A stretch of 64,000 bases of DNA from Monocercomonoides exilis PA203. Taxonomy: Eukaryota > Protista > Preaxostyla. The first letter of the stretch is position 1. Every line of letters starts with the position of its first letter. Where the stretch lies: the NCBI GenBank assembly GCA_001643675.2, contig LSRY02000036.1, forward strand, positions 744,001-808,000, in the 5' to 3' direction. Below, piece by piece: positions 63,488 to 64,000 of this stretch. The notes under the pieces are model-generated. The model searched no databases, was not told where the DNA came from, and saw only the letters and a list, made by a program, of their open reading frames with translations. A program made the position numbers and the translations under genes.

Positions 63488-64000
63488 TCACACTACGTCT
63501 ATGTGATGTAATTTCTTTTTTCTATGATGCTTTTTATGCTTTTGTGGAATTTCCCGAACATTTTTTTCGTGAACATCATGAGAAGCATTCTTCAACACAG
63601 TCTCTTCAGAATCCAGGTCATTGAATCGCCTTGCATCAGTCTTTGTCATCTGCTGGTACAAGAAGGAAACAATTCCGCAAAGTACACCCACAAACAATAG
63701 AAACCCTGAAATAACACACGAATAAACAAATGAATTAATAAGAATCGTTGATTATTTTTGAATAGAAATACTTCAGCCAAAAATTCATTTATTCACAAAA
63801 TGATGTCTCCATCAAATCATATTTGCCATTCATATGAACAATCATTTTTTATTATTTGTCTTTATTTTTTTTCTTATTAAATATTTCTTAACTTTTTCTA
63901 TGTGTGTGCTTTATATTTCTTTGGCATACCATTTATCCCCCCCAAAGTGAGTGTGTCTGTTGTAAGTCTTGTAACATATTGATTTCTGTCTATTTCTGAG
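63488..64000 (-). CDS. 3' end of a membrane protein gene entering from the right edge, possibly CDC50/LEM3-like; last exon 63705-63488
   Basis: A GTATGC..CAG intron joins RQKSICYKTYNRHTLTLGGIN to GFLLFVGVLCGIVSFLY, a TM helix followed by a basic His-rich tail. The resemblance to CDC50 KSIVL..WLGGKNPFL is loose. Confidence 0.4.

Overview
This is AT-rich eukaryotic DNA with spliceosomal introns and the standard genetic code. The gene families and style most resemble the amitochondriate oxymonad Monocercomonoides (my inference, not verified). Recognisable genes: a DUSP-type ubiquitin-specific protease, a Nup62/Nsp1-like nucleoporin built from NPF rather than FG repeats, a PHO80-like cyclin, tRNA-Ala(UGC), an ATG18/WIPI PROPPIN, a CLC channel with Val at the gating-glutamate site, ERH, a secreted vitellogenin/MTP-like beta protein, a greatly expanded dymeclin, and three members of a large Cys-rich beta-helix type-I membrane protein family, one ending in a pseudokinase. 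The 11-22.5 kb region is a nest of DNA transposons. A 9.7 kb element has ~446 bp near-perfect TIRs and a 4-bp TSD. A 3.4 kb element with a 10-bp TSD and a pseudogene cargo sits inside its left TIR, and an intact pogo DD35D transposon sits in its interior. Several MITEs are also present. All exon boundaries were deduced by hand.
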